A stretch of DNA of 64,000 nucleotides, from the NCBI GenBank assembly GCA_937890005.1, contig CALBZA010000040.1, positions 4,434-68,433 on the forward strand. The letters are read 5' to 3'. The stretch comes from an uncultured Verrucomicrobia subdivision 3 bacterium. GTDB taxonomy: Bacteria; Verrucomicrobiota; Verrucomicrobiia; Limisphaerales; DASXHY01. Made by a program: the position numbers and the translations under genes. Positions 44,719 to 54,042 of the stretch are shown one piece after another; within the stretch, counting starts at the first letter, position 1, and the number at the start of each line of letters is the position of its first letter. Under the pieces are notes generated by a model. It saw only the letters and a list, made by a program, of their open reading frames with translations, did not search any database and had not been told where the DNA came from.

Positions 44719-45944
44719 TCGCTGCGAAGGGCGTCCACCGGATTCATCCGCGCCGCGCGCCAGGCAGGGAAAAATCCGGAGAGCAGGCCGGTGACGATTG
44801 AAACGATGAGCGCAATGCCGATCACCGTGAACGACAGCTGGGCCGGAAGAAATTTCTGCATCAGGATCGTGATCGGCCAGGCGATCCCGATCGCGACCAG
44901 CCCTCCGATCAGGCAGATGCTCGCTGCTTCGAGAAGAAACTGGAGCAGAATGGTGCGGCGTTTGGCACCAATCGCTTTGCGGATTCCGATTTCACGTGTT
45001 CTTTCCGCTACGGAAACGAACATGATGTTCATGATCCCGATGCCGCCGACAAAGAGCGAAAGTCCGGTCACGGACAGACCGATCGCGGCGATCGTTCCCG
45101 CAATGGAATAGAACATCGTCAGGACCTGCTCCTGCTGGTTGATGGCGAAGTCGTCCGGATCGGAAGGGCCGAGCCGCCGGATGCGGCGCATCACGCTGCG
45201 AATTTCCTCCTTCGCGTCCTCCAGTGTTTCGAGGTTGTTCACCTTCACCTGGATTTCGTAGTTGGGATTGTTCTGAAACAGCGAACGATAGATCGGAAGG
45301 GGGACGATGATCTGGTTGTCGATGCCGCCTTCGCCCAGAAAACCGCCCTGTTTTTCAAGAACACCGACCACTTCAAATCCTCGCTGGTCGATCGTGATCC
45401 GTTTTCCAACGGGCGGTTCGTCGAAGAAGAGATTCGTGGCGACGGTGGATCCGATCACGCAGACCGGCCGGCCGCCGTCGCATTCCGCCGCGGTCAGAAC
45501 GCGCCCTTGTTCTATCGTCGCGCCGCTGGTGATGAAGAAGGGAACGGTTGTCCCGATGATTCCAATTCCGTCCGTGCTGCGCTTCTTGTATTTGACCGGC
45601 TTCCTCGTTTGCGCGGTCGGTGCGACAGCGAGCGCCGTGGTGAGTTCGCGCTCCAGTTCCTGCGCCTGGGCCAGTGTGATCTCCCGGCGCTTCTGCATGC
45701 GAACCCATTCATCGTGCGATCGAATGAACCAGTCCGAACGCTGAACGTAGAGGACATCCGCGCCAATGAACGAAATGCTCCGGACGAACGCGCGGTTCAA
45801 TCCCTGGATCGCCGTGCCCATCAGGGTCACGGTCACCACGCCGATGACAATACCCAGTGTCGTGAGAATGGATCGCAGCTTGTTTGCCCGAATCGCGCTC
45901 CAGGCGATCGACATCCCTTCCGTGATTTCGGTCAGGAGGTTCAT
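44715..45944 (-). CDS. ABC transporter permease (MacB/FtsX-type)
   Basis: Same architecture as its neighbour (GIMNIMFVSVAERTREIGIRKAIGA). Confidence 0.85.
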   Translation of the reverse strand: MNLLTEITEGMSIAWSAIRANKLRSILTTLGIVIGVVTVTLMGTAIQGLNRAFVRSISFIGADVLYVQRSDWFIRSHDEWVRMQKRREITLAQAQELERELTTALAVAPTAQTRKPVKYKKRSTDGIGIIGTTVPFFITSGATIEQGRVLTAAECDGGRPVCVIGSTVATNLFFDEPPVGKRITIDQRGFEVVGVLEKQGGFLGEGGIDNQIIVPLPIYRSLFQNNPNYEIQVKVNNLETLEDAKEEIRSVMRRIRRLGPSDPDDFAINQQEQVLTMFYSIAGTIAAIGLSVTGLSLFVGGIGIMNIMFVSVAERTREIGIRKAIGAKRRTILLQFLLEAASICLIGGLVAIGIAWPITILMQKFLPAQLSFTVIGIALIVSIVTGLLSGFFPAWRAARMNPVDALRSE

Positions 45945-45947
45945 GCC

Positions 45948-46691
45948 CTAGCTGCGCCGTTCGATCTGGGGAATCACGGGCGGAATCCCGGCGCCGGCTT
46001 CCGGATTGAGATTGACCGCTTCGTCGCTGGCGATCAGGCCGTCGCGGATGCGGATGATTCGACGGGCCTGACGGGCGACATCCTCTTCATGAGTCACGAG
46101 GATGATCGTGTTGCCCTGTTTCCAGAGCTGTTCGAACAACGCCATGATTTCGGTGCCGGTGCGCGAGTCGAGATTTCCGGTCGGTTCATCGGCGAGCAGG
46201 AGCGAAGGTGTGTTGACGAGCGCGCGCGCGACAGCGACGCGCTGGCGCTGGCCTCCGGAAAGTTCGTTGGGTTTGTGGTGAACGCGGTCCCTCAATCCCA
46301 CTTTCGTGAGCGCCTCCAGTGCAATCTCGTGACGATGTTCCGCGGACATTCCCGCGTAGATCAGTGGCAGCTCGACATTGCGAAGGGCGTCTGATCGCGC
46401 GAGCAGGTTGAATGTCTGAAAAACGAAACCGATTTCGCGATTCCGGATTTCGGCCAGCTGATTGTCCTCCATCTGGCTCACGCGAATGCCATTCAGCTCG
46501 TATTCACCCGACGTCGGCGTGTCGAGGCAGCCGATGATGTTCATCAGCGTCGATTTGCCGGAGCCGGAAGGTCCCATGATGGCGACGTATTCGCCGCGCT
46601 TGATTTCAAGCGATACTTCGCGCAACGCGTGAACGGTTTCCGTTCCCATCTGGTAACGTCGCGAGATTTTCTCCAGCCGGATAAGGCTCAT
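45948..46691 (-). CDS. ABC transporter ATP-binding protein (MacB/LolD family)
   Basis: GPSGSGKST (Walker A), [15 protein letters not shown] (signature) and [12 protein letters not shown] (Walker B). Confidence 0.9.
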   Translation of the reverse strand: MSLIRLEKISRRYQMGTETVHALREVSLEIKRGEYVAIMGPSGSGKSTLMNIIGCLDTPTSGEYELNGIRVSQMEDNQLAEIRNREIGFVFQTFNLLARSDALRNVELPLIYAGMSAEHRHEIALEALTKVGLRDRVHHKPNELSGGQRQRVAVARALVNTPSLLLADEPTGNLDSRTGTEIMALFEQLWKQGNTIILVTHEEDVARQARRIIRIRDGLIASDEAVNLNPEAGAGIPPVIPQIERRS

Positions 46692-46727
46692 GTGATTACG
46701 CGATGTCTGCGGATTGAAGTTGAGCGG

Positions 46728-48011
46728 TCACTTCGCGTTCTTCTTCGCCGCGAAATCGCCTTTGCCGCGTGTCACTTTCTTTCCGTCCTGAAGATCGCGG
46801 ATGGCGCGATGGTTTCCCGAGACCACCTCCTGGCCTTCTGTGAGACCTTCGATGATTTCGTAATAGCCGTCGTCGCTGATGCCGCTCTTCACCGGAATCA
46901 TTTTCGCCTGATCGCCTTCGACCACGAACACGACTTCAAGCTGTTTTGGCGTTTCCTTGCGTCGCTCGCTGCTGACGGCATTTGTTGCCGGCGCATTCGT
47001 TTCCCCGCCCTTCGGAGGACGGGTGGTGAGGCTTGCGATCGGCACGGCGATCACATTGGTGCGGTAACGCGTTTCGATTTCAGCGGTGACCGACATTCCG
47101 GGACGAAGGATTTCCTTTTCCTGGATGTGAATGCGGACTTCGAACTTGGTTGAATCCTGTCCGCTGCTGCTGCTCACGCCGAGCGCAGAGCTGCCGCTGC
47201 CTTTCGCGGAGTTCGCAATTTCAGAAACAATGCCTGTGAACTTGCGATCACGGAAGGCATCCACGTCCAGGCGCGCCACCTGTCCTGGCTGGATCAGCAC
47301 GACGTCCATTTCGCCGATGTCCACGCGCGCCTCCATTTCGTTCAGGTCGGCAATAGTCATGATCTCGGTGCCCTTGTTGAACGAGGTTCCGAGAACGCGT
47401 TCGCCGAGCTGCGATTGCAGGCGCGTCACCGTGCCGTCCATCGGCGCGACGATGGTTGTCTTGCTCAAGTCGTCGATCGCCTTGTCGAGACCGAACTTCG
47501 CCTGGTCCTCCTGATGAACGGCGTTTTGATACTGCAGTTTGGCGACCTCATAGGTGGTTTTGTATTCAAGGAAGACGGAATCGGAAACGAGTTTGCTTTC
47601 GAAGAGATGAAGGTTGCGCTTGTATTCGGCCTCGGCTTTTTCGAGCTGCGCCTTTGCGAGGTTTTTGCTGCCGGTTGCGGACCGATAATTCGCCTCGGCG
47701 GAATTGCGGCTCGCAATGTAATTGTCCGGCTTGATCTGAACGAGGAGGTCGCCCTTCTTCACCTGGTCGCCTTCCTTCACCGGCAGCGTCACAATCTCTC
47801 CGGCGACTTCGGGGCTGATGACCACCTGTTTGACGGGTTGGATTTTTCCGTTGGCGACGACGATTTCCGTGATGTTGCGCCGTGTGATTTTTTCGGTCTG
47901 AACCTGGATGGGGGGTGACTTTCTGGCGAGCGACGCGGCCAGCGGGCCACCGATCAACGCTACAACAATGATTGAAATCAGAACCCAACGTTTTCTCTTT
48001 TTGGAGGCCAT
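46728..48011 (-). CDS. efflux transporter periplasmic adaptor (HlyD/MacA family)
   Basis: N-terminal TM, lipoyl/hairpin/beta-barrel pattern (VKEGDQVKKGDLLVQI..., coiled-coil AKAQLEKAEAEYKRN). Confidence 0.85.
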   Translation of the reverse strand: MASKKRKRWVLISIIVVALIGGPLAASLARKSPPIQVQTEKITRRNITEIVVANGKIQPVKQVVISPEVAGEIVTLPVKEGDQVKKGDLLVQIKPDNYIASRNSAEANYRSATGSKNLAKAQLEKAEAEYKRNLHLFESKLVSDSVFLEYKTTYEVAKLQYQNAVHQEDQAKFGLDKAIDDLSKTTIVAPMDGTVTRLQSQLGERVLGTSFNKGTEIMTIADLNEMEARVDIGEMDVVLIQPGQVARLDVDAFRDRKFTGIVSEIANSAKGSGSSALGVSSSSGQDSTKFEVRIHIQEKEILRPGMSVTAEIETRYRTNVIAVPIASLTTRPPKGGETNAPATNAVSSERRKETPKQLEVVFVVEGDQAKMIPVKSGISDDGYYEIIEGLTEGQEVVSGNHRAIRDLQDGKKVTRGKGDFAAKKNAK

Positions 48012-48056
48012 GATGTCTTTCTTGGACAGGGTAAACTCAGGTTTGTTTCAATGTTG

Positions 48057-48845
48057 TCATTTTACAAACCCAAACCCTGCCACAAGCAATCCGAAGCCGA
48101 GCTGCAACGCAAGCCATGTTCCCATCATAAGGAATAACGTTCGGAATAAGGGAACATTCATCAGTCGCGCGAGGGCGGTTGCCAGCAGGAACACGAACCA
48201 GATGTTGAATCCGTTCGAGGCGAGGATGACCGGCCACGATTTGTTGCGCAGTTCGAGCTGCTGGAGAGTGTCGGTGATTCCAGTGGCGCTGCCGGTCTGG
48301 ATGCTGAACGCGAGAATGGCGAAGACAATGTTGCCGAGAATGGAAATCATGCTCGCGAGACCGGCCGCTTCGATTGCTTTCAGCCAGTTCAAACGTTCCT
48401 TCAGGAACAGCCGCGCCAGCAGGCAGAGGACAAATGACCACCACGCGACCCGCAGCACGCTGATGACAAAAAATCCGATGCCGACGAGCGGATGAATGAT
48501 TTCCGGACGGGAAAGCTGTTCGATGATCCGGATGCTCTTTTCCGCTTCGGCCTGCTCGATCTTGCCGGCGGCGAGCTGTTCGTTGACGACTGCTGTCTGC
48601 TTTGATTTGAGTTCGTTGAGGATTCCGGGCTGCGACAAAATCGTTCCAAAGGTGAAGCTGGAAACGATCGTTGCGAGCAGAATGGGAATGATCCAGCTCC
48701 CGGGCTGATGGCGGGCCGATTCGCGGATGTCCTGAAACACTGCGCCGGGAATGGCGAAGACGTTCAGCAATCGGGCGAGGAGCGACATCTGGGCAGTCGG
48801 TCCGGTTGCGGGCGGGACATTCGGTATTACTGGCGGCACTTCCAT
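48057..48845 (-). CDS. Yip1-like polytopic membrane protein
   Basis: I trimmed the track start (TTG 48860, inside a repeat) to ATG 48845. There are five or so TM helices with an inserted helical segment. The family call is tentative. Confidence 0.5.
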   Translation of the reverse strand: MEVPPVIPNVPPATGPTAQMSLLARLLNVFAIPGAVFQDIRESARHQPGSWIIPILLATIVSSFTFGTILSQPGILNELKSKQTAVVNEQLAAGKIEQAEAEKSIRIIEQLSRPEIIHPLVGIGFFVISVLRVAWWSFVLCLLARLFLKERLNWLKAIEAAGLASMISILGNIVFAILAFSIQTGSATGITDTLQQLELRNKSWPVILASNGFNIWFVFLLATALARLMNVPLFRTLFLMMGTWLALQLGFGLLVAGFGFVK

Positions 48846-48847
48846 TT

Positions 48848-48867
48848 CAATCCAATCCAATCCAATC
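48848..48867. repeat. pentanucleotide tandem repeat, 4 x CAATC (GATTG on the gene strand)
   Basis: caatc caatc caatc caatc, a perfect repeat, ends 2 nt upstream of the ATG at 48845 on the minus strand. Confidence 0.9.
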
Positions 48868-48986
48868 AGTCGCGACGGTTCCGCGAAGACTCGGTGTCAG
48901 TTCAGGCGGATATTTTTTCTGTCGCGGCGGTCAGGTTGCAGTGAATCGGCGGCGGTGTCGAGGGACGAGCTTGGGGGAAAACGAAG

Positions 48987-49060
48987 TGGCTGTCCGACAT
49001 GGATTCGAACCATGACAAAAGCCTCCAAAGGGCCTTGTGCTACCATTACACCATCGGACA
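48987..49060 (-). tRNA. tRNA-Gln (anticodon UUG), CCA encoded
   Basis: Hand-folded on the minus strand. Acceptor stem UGUCCGA/UCGGACA. D arm GUGU..GCAC. Anticodon stem AGGCC/GGCUU with loop CU-UUG-GA. T arm CAUGG-UUCGAAU-CCAUG. Discriminator G plus CCA. It is 74 nt. Confidence 0.9.
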
Positions 49061-49140
49061 AGCCGGTGCTGAAAGTAGCCTCGCGCCGCCCGAGGCGTCA
49101 AATCATCTCTCTGCTCCACGGGATGAGAAGGGAGTTTTTA

Positions 49141-49224
49141 CAGAAGATAACGAAGGAAACGAACATGTGAGGATTGATGGCGTGACCCTCGAAAGATTCC
49201 CTTCGTTCTCTTCGTTTCCTTCTG
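49141..49224. repeat. long-stem hairpin repeat, family B, copy 1
   Basis: CAGAAGATAACGAAGGAAACGAAC (49141-49164) pairs with CCCTTCGTTCTCTTCGTTTCCTTCTG (49199-49224). The same arms occur at 54043-54138. Confidence 0.75.
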
Positions 49225-49334
49225 TTCCAATTTTGTTCCGAATCTGGAGTCCTTCCAAAATTCCCGGAATGTTGGAACCAGATGCCGCTTTACTTTGCTG
49301 ACCTCAACGCGTTCTCTCTTGCGGCAGGAAGATT

Positions 49335-51095
49335 ATGAAAACTCCACTGAACACCGTTCTCGTTCTTGCGCTCGCATTCGCATGGTCTGGTTGTAAAAAG
49401 GCCGGCGATTCCGACGCGCAAGCGGTCAAGCCGTATCGCGAAACTTCGTTTGATGCAGTCACACGGCAACTCGATCCGGGCGGCAGCATCTACGGCTATC
49501 TCTCGACCGATCAGTGGATGGCCGGACTTTCGACCAACATTCTCAAGCTGCAGCAACTGGCTGACCTGATTCCTTCGGAACAACTCGAACGTGAACATCT
49601 GCACCGCGCGATCGCCGGTGTTGCGCGTGCGATCGAGAAGAGCGGCGTTGAGTCGCTTACAGGCGTTGGTGTGAGCGGCGTTCAGGTGTCGCCGGAACTG
49701 TTCCGAACCAAGCTGATTCTCCACCACAACAAAGGCCGGGGCGACGGCGTGTTCTGGAACATCATGGGGGAAAAGGCGCACGCGCTCACCGGAATTGACC
49801 TTCTTCCCGAGCACACGGCGCTCGCGGCGTTCGGCGATGTAAACGTGCGGCTGATCTGGTCCACCGTGCAGGAGGAGGTGAAGAACATCGGCGTGCCCGA
49901 ACTTTCGAACGCCATCGCCGAGTGGCCCCAGGTGTTCGAGCAGAGAACGCAGATCAAGTGGAACAAGTTCCTCGACTCCCTGAACGGCGAAGTCGGATTC
50001 GCATTGACGCTGAACGACGCCAACATGGTTGCTGTGCCGTTCACAGAAGGATTGAGGGTCCCGGAACCGGGAATCCTGCTCGCCGTGAAAGTGAACGACG
50101 ATCTGCTTTACGATCGCATCAGCGGCGAAATGGAAAAGAGCGGGATGGCGCGCATGACCAATGAAAAGGGTTTGAGGATGGCGGCGATTCGGATGCCGAT
50201 TCCAGTGCCGCTCGATCTTGAACTCACAGTTGCGCGCAGCGGCGATTATTTGTTCGTTGCCAGTTCAAGTCTGTTGGTGCGAGAGGTGATCGATGTTCAG
50301 TCCGGCAAGGAAAAGGGTTTGCGCGGAAGGGAAGATTTTGTGGAGCTGCTGAAGTATCTGCCGGATGAAGGCAATCATTTCTTTTATACCGACCGGCGAT
50401 TCTCCGGGACGATTCAGTCTGTTCAGAAATCCATTCTGTCGAAGAAAGATCCGGCAAGTGCCAGTTCGCCAGTGGTGCAGACCCTTCTCAATCAAAAACC
50501 AAAATTCGGCATGGTGGTGGGACGCCGCACTTCCACGGGATGGGAAAGTGTTTCAGTCGGCAATCAGGATTCAGCAACCGCGCTGGTTGCCGCACCCGCG
50601 GCGGGCGGCGTGATGATAGGATCAGCGATGCTGCTTCCCGCGCTTGCCAAGGCGAAGGATCGAGCGCAATCGATTTCCTGTGTGAACCACATGAAACAGA
50701 TTGGCCTCGCGTTCCAGGTTTGGGCGGGAGACCACGATGACAGCTTTTCTTTCAATCTCAGCAGACAGAAAGGTGGCACGCTGGAACTTTGCGATCGCGA
50801 CGCCGAGGGATTCGATCGGAACGCTTATCAACATTTGAAGGTGATGGCTGACGAGTTGAGCACTCCCAAAATTCTGGTCTGCCCGGAAGACAAAGTGGCC
50901 GCGGTCGCGGCAGGTTTTTCACAGTTGTCCGCTGGAAACGTGAGTTACAAGTTCCGCTCCGGCAAACAGGTTTCAGAAAACAATCCTTTGGAAGTCCTGG
51001 CGATTTGCCCGATCCATGGACACGTGTTGACGGTTGACGGCGCTGTTAAGAGAGGATTTGAGGAGCATGGATCTCACGCGCACGCGCACCCGTGA
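49335..51095 (+). CDS. lipoprotein with a DUF3352-like N-terminal region and an internal pseudopilin-like (DUF1559-type) C-terminal module
   Basis: Lipobox LALAFAWSGC. At about aa 430: AAPAAGGVMIGSAMLLPALAKAKDRAQSISCVNHMKQIGLAFQVWAGDHDD ... STPKILVCPED. In PVC bacteria this normally follows a prepilin leader. Confidence 0.6.
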   Translation: MKTPLNTVLVLALAFAWSGCKKAGDSDAQAVKPYRETSFDAVTRQLDPGGSIYGYLSTDQWMAGLSTNILKLQQLADLIPSEQLEREHLHRAIAGVARAIEKSGVESLTGVGVSGVQVSPELFRTKLILHHNKGRGDGVFWNIMGEKAHALTGIDLLPEHTALAAFGDVNVRLIWSTVQEEVKNIGVPELSNAIAEWPQVFEQRTQIKWNKFLDSLNGEVGFALTLNDANMVAVPFTEGLRVPEPGILLAVKVNDDLLYDRISGEMEKSGMARMTNEKGLRMAAIRMPIPVPLDLELTVARSGDYLFVASSSLLVREVIDVQSGKEKGLRGREDFVELLKYLPDEGNHFFYTDRRFSGTIQSVQKSILSKKDPASASSPVVQTLLNQKPKFGMVVGRRTSTGWESVSVGNQDSATALVAAPAAGGVMIGSAMLLPALAKAKDRAQSISCVNHMKQIGLAFQVWAGDHDDSFSFNLSRQKGGTLELCDRDAEGFDRNAYQHLKVMADELSTPKILVCPEDKVAAVAAGFSQLSAGNVSYKFRSGKQVSENNPLEVLAICPIHGHVLTVDGAVKRGFEEHGSHAHAHP

Positions 51096-51681
51096 TCCGG
51101 TCGAATGGCTGGAGACATGTCCGGATTTTTCGTCACCGATCGCCAACCAGCTCAGGGAATGGATTCTCGAGTGGGAGCCGGATCTGACGGAGTCGGTCAA
51201 GTGGAACATGCTTTGTTTCTCCGGGCGCAAGCTGATTTGCGGGATCAGCGCCTGCAAGAAGCACGCGGGGCTCTCGTTCTTTCGCGGAACGGAGCTGCCC
51301 GATCCGGAGAAGCTGTTCGAGCCGGGAAGTGAGAACAACACGAACATCTGCAGCCTGCGAATTGTGGCGTTGCAGGAAGTGAATCGCGCCGCGTTGCGTG
51401 ATCTCCTTCATGCGGCCGTTGAGCTGGATGCAGAGCCTGCGATTCCACCTCCGCCCAAGCGCAGACGCGCGCCGCTGCCGCTTCCGGAATCTCTTGCAAA
51501 AGCCTTGAAACGCGACCGCGTGGCTGCGGTAAACTTTGAAAAGCTTTCACCCACCTGCCGACGCGAATACATCGTCTGGGTTGGGACCGCAAAGCTTCCT
51601 GAAACTCAAAAGCGGCGGCTGGAACAGACGCTGAAGGCACTGCGCAGCGGCCTGAAATGGATCGATCGCAAGAAGGCGTAG
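51067..51681 (+). CDS. DUF1801 / YdeI-family protein
   Basis: I trimmed the track start (TTG 51034) to ATG 51067. The N-terminal half is DUF1801-like (ESVKWNMLCFSGRKLICGISACKKHAGLSFFRG). The C-terminus RREYIVWVGTAKLPETQKRRLEQTL is YdeI-like. Confidence 0.65.
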   Translation: MDLTRTRTRDPVEWLETCPDFSSPIANQLREWILEWEPDLTESVKWNMLCFSGRKLICGISACKKHAGLSFFRGTELPDPEKLFEPGSENNTNICSLRIVALQEVNRAALRDLLHAAVELDAEPAIPPPPKRRRAPLPLPESLAKALKRDRVAAVNFEKLSPTCRREYIVWVGTAKLPETQKRRLEQTLKALRSGLKWIDRKKA

Positions 51682-51715
51682 TGAACTGAGCGGACTTTGA
51701 ACTGTCGCGAGTCAC

Positions 51716-51750
51716 AAAACCCGAAACCCGGAACTCAAAACTTGGAACTT
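51716..51750. repeat. heptanucleotide array (5 units, GAAACTC family), intergenic
   Basis: aaaaccc gaaaccc ggaactc aaaactt ggaactt lies between convergent stops at 51681 and 51756. Confidence 0.8.
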
Positions 51751-51755
51751 TGACG

Positions 51756-51953
51756 TCAGGCGTAAACGTCGAGGTGATAGTCGGCGGGATTCTTCACAGC
51801 GGCCTGTTCGAGCATCTGGATCATTGCCGCGCCCTGTTGTTTTTCCACGTCCTGAGCTTTCTTCAGCACGGCCACGCCGATTTCCGCCTGTGTGGTCTGT
51901 GCGTTCAGAACGCTGTCGAGAAGTGAGCTGGCCGGCGCGCCGGAGATGTTCAT
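51756..51953 (-). CDS. YjfB-family small protein (annotated elsewhere as putative motility protein)
   Basis: I trimmed the start to ATG 51953. MNISGAPASSLLDSVLNAQTTQAEIGVAVLKKAQDVEKQQGAAMIQMLEQA fits the YjfB pattern. Confidence 0.65.
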   Translation of the reverse strand: MNISGAPASSLLDSVLNAQTTQAEIGVAVLKKAQDVEKQQGAAMIQMLEQAAVKNPADYHLDVYA

Positions 51954-52049
51954 GGCTCCGTCATCGGCGGAACTTTGCAACACTTGAAGCAATTTTCCGC
52001 GACGGGAACGGGATGGAACTGCCGGCCCGCCTCGGATACTTTCCAGCGC

Positions 52050-52802
52050 GTGAAGCTGATTTCATGGAACGTAAACGGACTGCGCGCCGTGCTGCGCAAA
52101 AGTTTCCTGGATTACATCGAACAGGAACAGCCGGACATCCTCTGCCTTCAGGAAACCAAATGCACGCCCGACGATGTCGAACAGCTCTGGCCGGTGAGCT
52201 ACACGACCTATTGGAATTGCGCGGTGAAGAAGGGCTATTCCGGAGTTGCGATTTTCAGCAAGGTTCGCCCGATCGAAGTGAAGCCGCACATTTCCATTCC
52301 CGAGCACGATCAGGAGGGACGCGTGTTGATGGCGGAGTTTCCCGATTTCTATCTGATCAATGTTTACGTGCCGAACTCCAAACGTGATTTGTCGCGGCTG
52401 GCGTACCGGCAGAACTGGGATCGAGACTTTCTCGCCTATCTCAAACGGTTGGAGACGACAAAGCCGGTGGTGTTCTGCGGCGATTTGAATGTTGCACACA
52501 AGGAAATCGATCTCGCCAATCCGAAGGCCAACGTCCGCAACCACGGTTTCACGCCGGAAGAACGCGCCGGGTTCGACGCCTTCGTCAACGCAGGGTTTGT
52601 GGACACGTTCCGCGAATTCGAAAAGGGCGGGGGACATTACACCTGGTGGAGCCCGATGAGCGGTGCGCGAAAGCGAAACATTGGCTGGCGGCTGGATTAC
52701 TTCCTCATCAGCGCTTCACTCCGTCCGCGCCTGAAAACCGCGTTCATTCGAAAGGATGTCGAGGGATCGGATCATTGCCCGGTCGGCATCGAACTCGGCT
52801 GA
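52050..52802 (+). CDS. xth: exodeoxyribonuclease III
   Basis: The GTG start at 52050 gives (M)KLISWNVNGLRA. Also CLQETK, GDLNVAH and the C-terminal GSDHCPV. Confidence 0.9.
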   Translation: MKLISWNVNGLRAVLRKSFLDYIEQEQPDILCLQETKCTPDDVEQLWPVSYTTYWNCAVKKGYSGVAIFSKVRPIEVKPHISIPEHDQEGRVLMAEFPDFYLINVYVPNSKRDLSRLAYRQNWDRDFLAYLKRLETTKPVVFCGDLNVAHKEIDLANPKANVRNHGFTPEERAGFDAFVNAGFVDTFREFEKGGGHYTWWSPMSGARKRNIGWRLDYFLISASLRPRLKTAFIRKDVEGSDHCPVGIELG

Positions 52803-52910
52803 TCGTTTGAAATGCAGGACTGCGATTCTGTGAGTCGCAGCAGCCCCTGAAGTCAGATCAGCGCTCGAAATCTTCAGTTTTGAAGGGACGACCATGCCCG
52901 TGGCAAACGC

Positions 52911-53927
52911 TCAGGTTTTTTTGTCCGGCTGTGCATCGACGTGATGATAGACGTCGCTCATCACCTTCATGGTGAATCCTCCGACGGCTTCTCCATTGAT
53001 CTCGCACATCCAGTCATTCAGGTCGGCAAAAGCCACGGTGACGTCATCGCCTTCTTTGAGGTTGGTCAGGGCGGCCGGGCTGTTTTCCAGTCTGCCATGA
53101 ATGGATTCCCCTTCGATTGAATTCACCGATACCCACATAAACTCCTCGTTTTCGCCATCCGCAAACCGGGCTTTGATAACGTAGGGCGACTCGGTGTTTG
53201 GTTTCCGGGTGAAGGCATCCACAAACTCCGGCCAGCGTCGGCGCGCTTCATTGACAGCGGCGACAAGGCGTGGGTCATCAGAGGAAACGTTTACGATCGG
53301 GGCAAATGTCGGTTCGTCGAAAAGTTCGAGCGGTTTCCCCGACTGAAGCTTTTCCACGACGCACGGCGCAAACTCGTTGCAACGGCCAAGCTCGGGGCAG
53401 TAGATCGCAAGACAATCGTCCGCCGCAAAAGGCACCAACATCCTGCCCAGAATGGCATAAAGCGGTTCACGTTCCTCCGGTGAAGGGCGGCTGCCGAAAA
53501 CATCGGCGGAGATCCAGGCGCGATGCGAAGCCACGGCGCGGGCCAGTCGCATGTCAGAGATCGACTCGGCGAATTTTTCCGGCTCGCTCATGTAAGGTTG
53601 CACGAAGGAGTTGATCAGGAACTGGCGTGCACCGGTGTTGATGAAATAGCTTTTGCCGCTGCCGGGCTGCAGTGAGGGCTGCACTTTTTCGGCGGGCACC
53701 GGCACGATCGTGTTGGGTTCCGGTTCGTCTGCAATGCGGAGCTCGACCCCCAGTGCGCGCGATGCCGCCTGTCTCACCTGCCAGTCCGCAAAGGTCCGCG
53801 CCTCGCTGAGAAGAAACACGAGCGCGGTGAGCGGTTTCTGTTCTCCGGACTGCCGGCGGCGAAGCAGCCGCCAGGCAACAACGATCGTAAACAGAAGAAT
53901 GACGGAGACGAGGAGCGCGGTTTTCAT
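52911..53927 (-). CDS. membrane-anchored protein with a C-terminal DUF2314 domain
   Basis: N-terminal TM MKTALLVSVILLFTIVVAW. The C-terminus YVIKARFADGENEEFMWVSVNSIEGESIHGRLENSPAALTNLKEGDDV is DUF2314-like. Confidence 0.6.
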   Translation of the reverse strand: MKTALLVSVILLFTIVVAWRLLRRRQSGEQKPLTALVFLLSEARTFADWQVRQAASRALGVELRIADEPEPNTIVPVPAEKVQPSLQPGSGKSYFINTGARQFLINSFVQPYMSEPEKFAESISDMRLARAVASHRAWISADVFGSRPSPEEREPLYAILGRMLVPFAADDCLAIYCPELGRCNEFAPCVVEKLQSGKPLELFDEPTFAPIVNVSSDDPRLVAAVNEARRRWPEFVDAFTRKPNTESPYVIKARFADGENEEFMWVSVNSIEGESIHGRLENSPAALTNLKEGDDVTVAFADLNDWMCEINGEAVGGFTMKVMSDVYHHVDAQPDKKT

Positions 53928-54042
53928 AACGGTGACCGTTGACGAACCGAACGACGCAACACTAGCAGCGTAAAAAGCGAAGTCGAGATTTCTGGTTCAG
54001 TTTCTTTGCAACGGCCTGCGTTAAGCAGAGAAACTGATCTGT

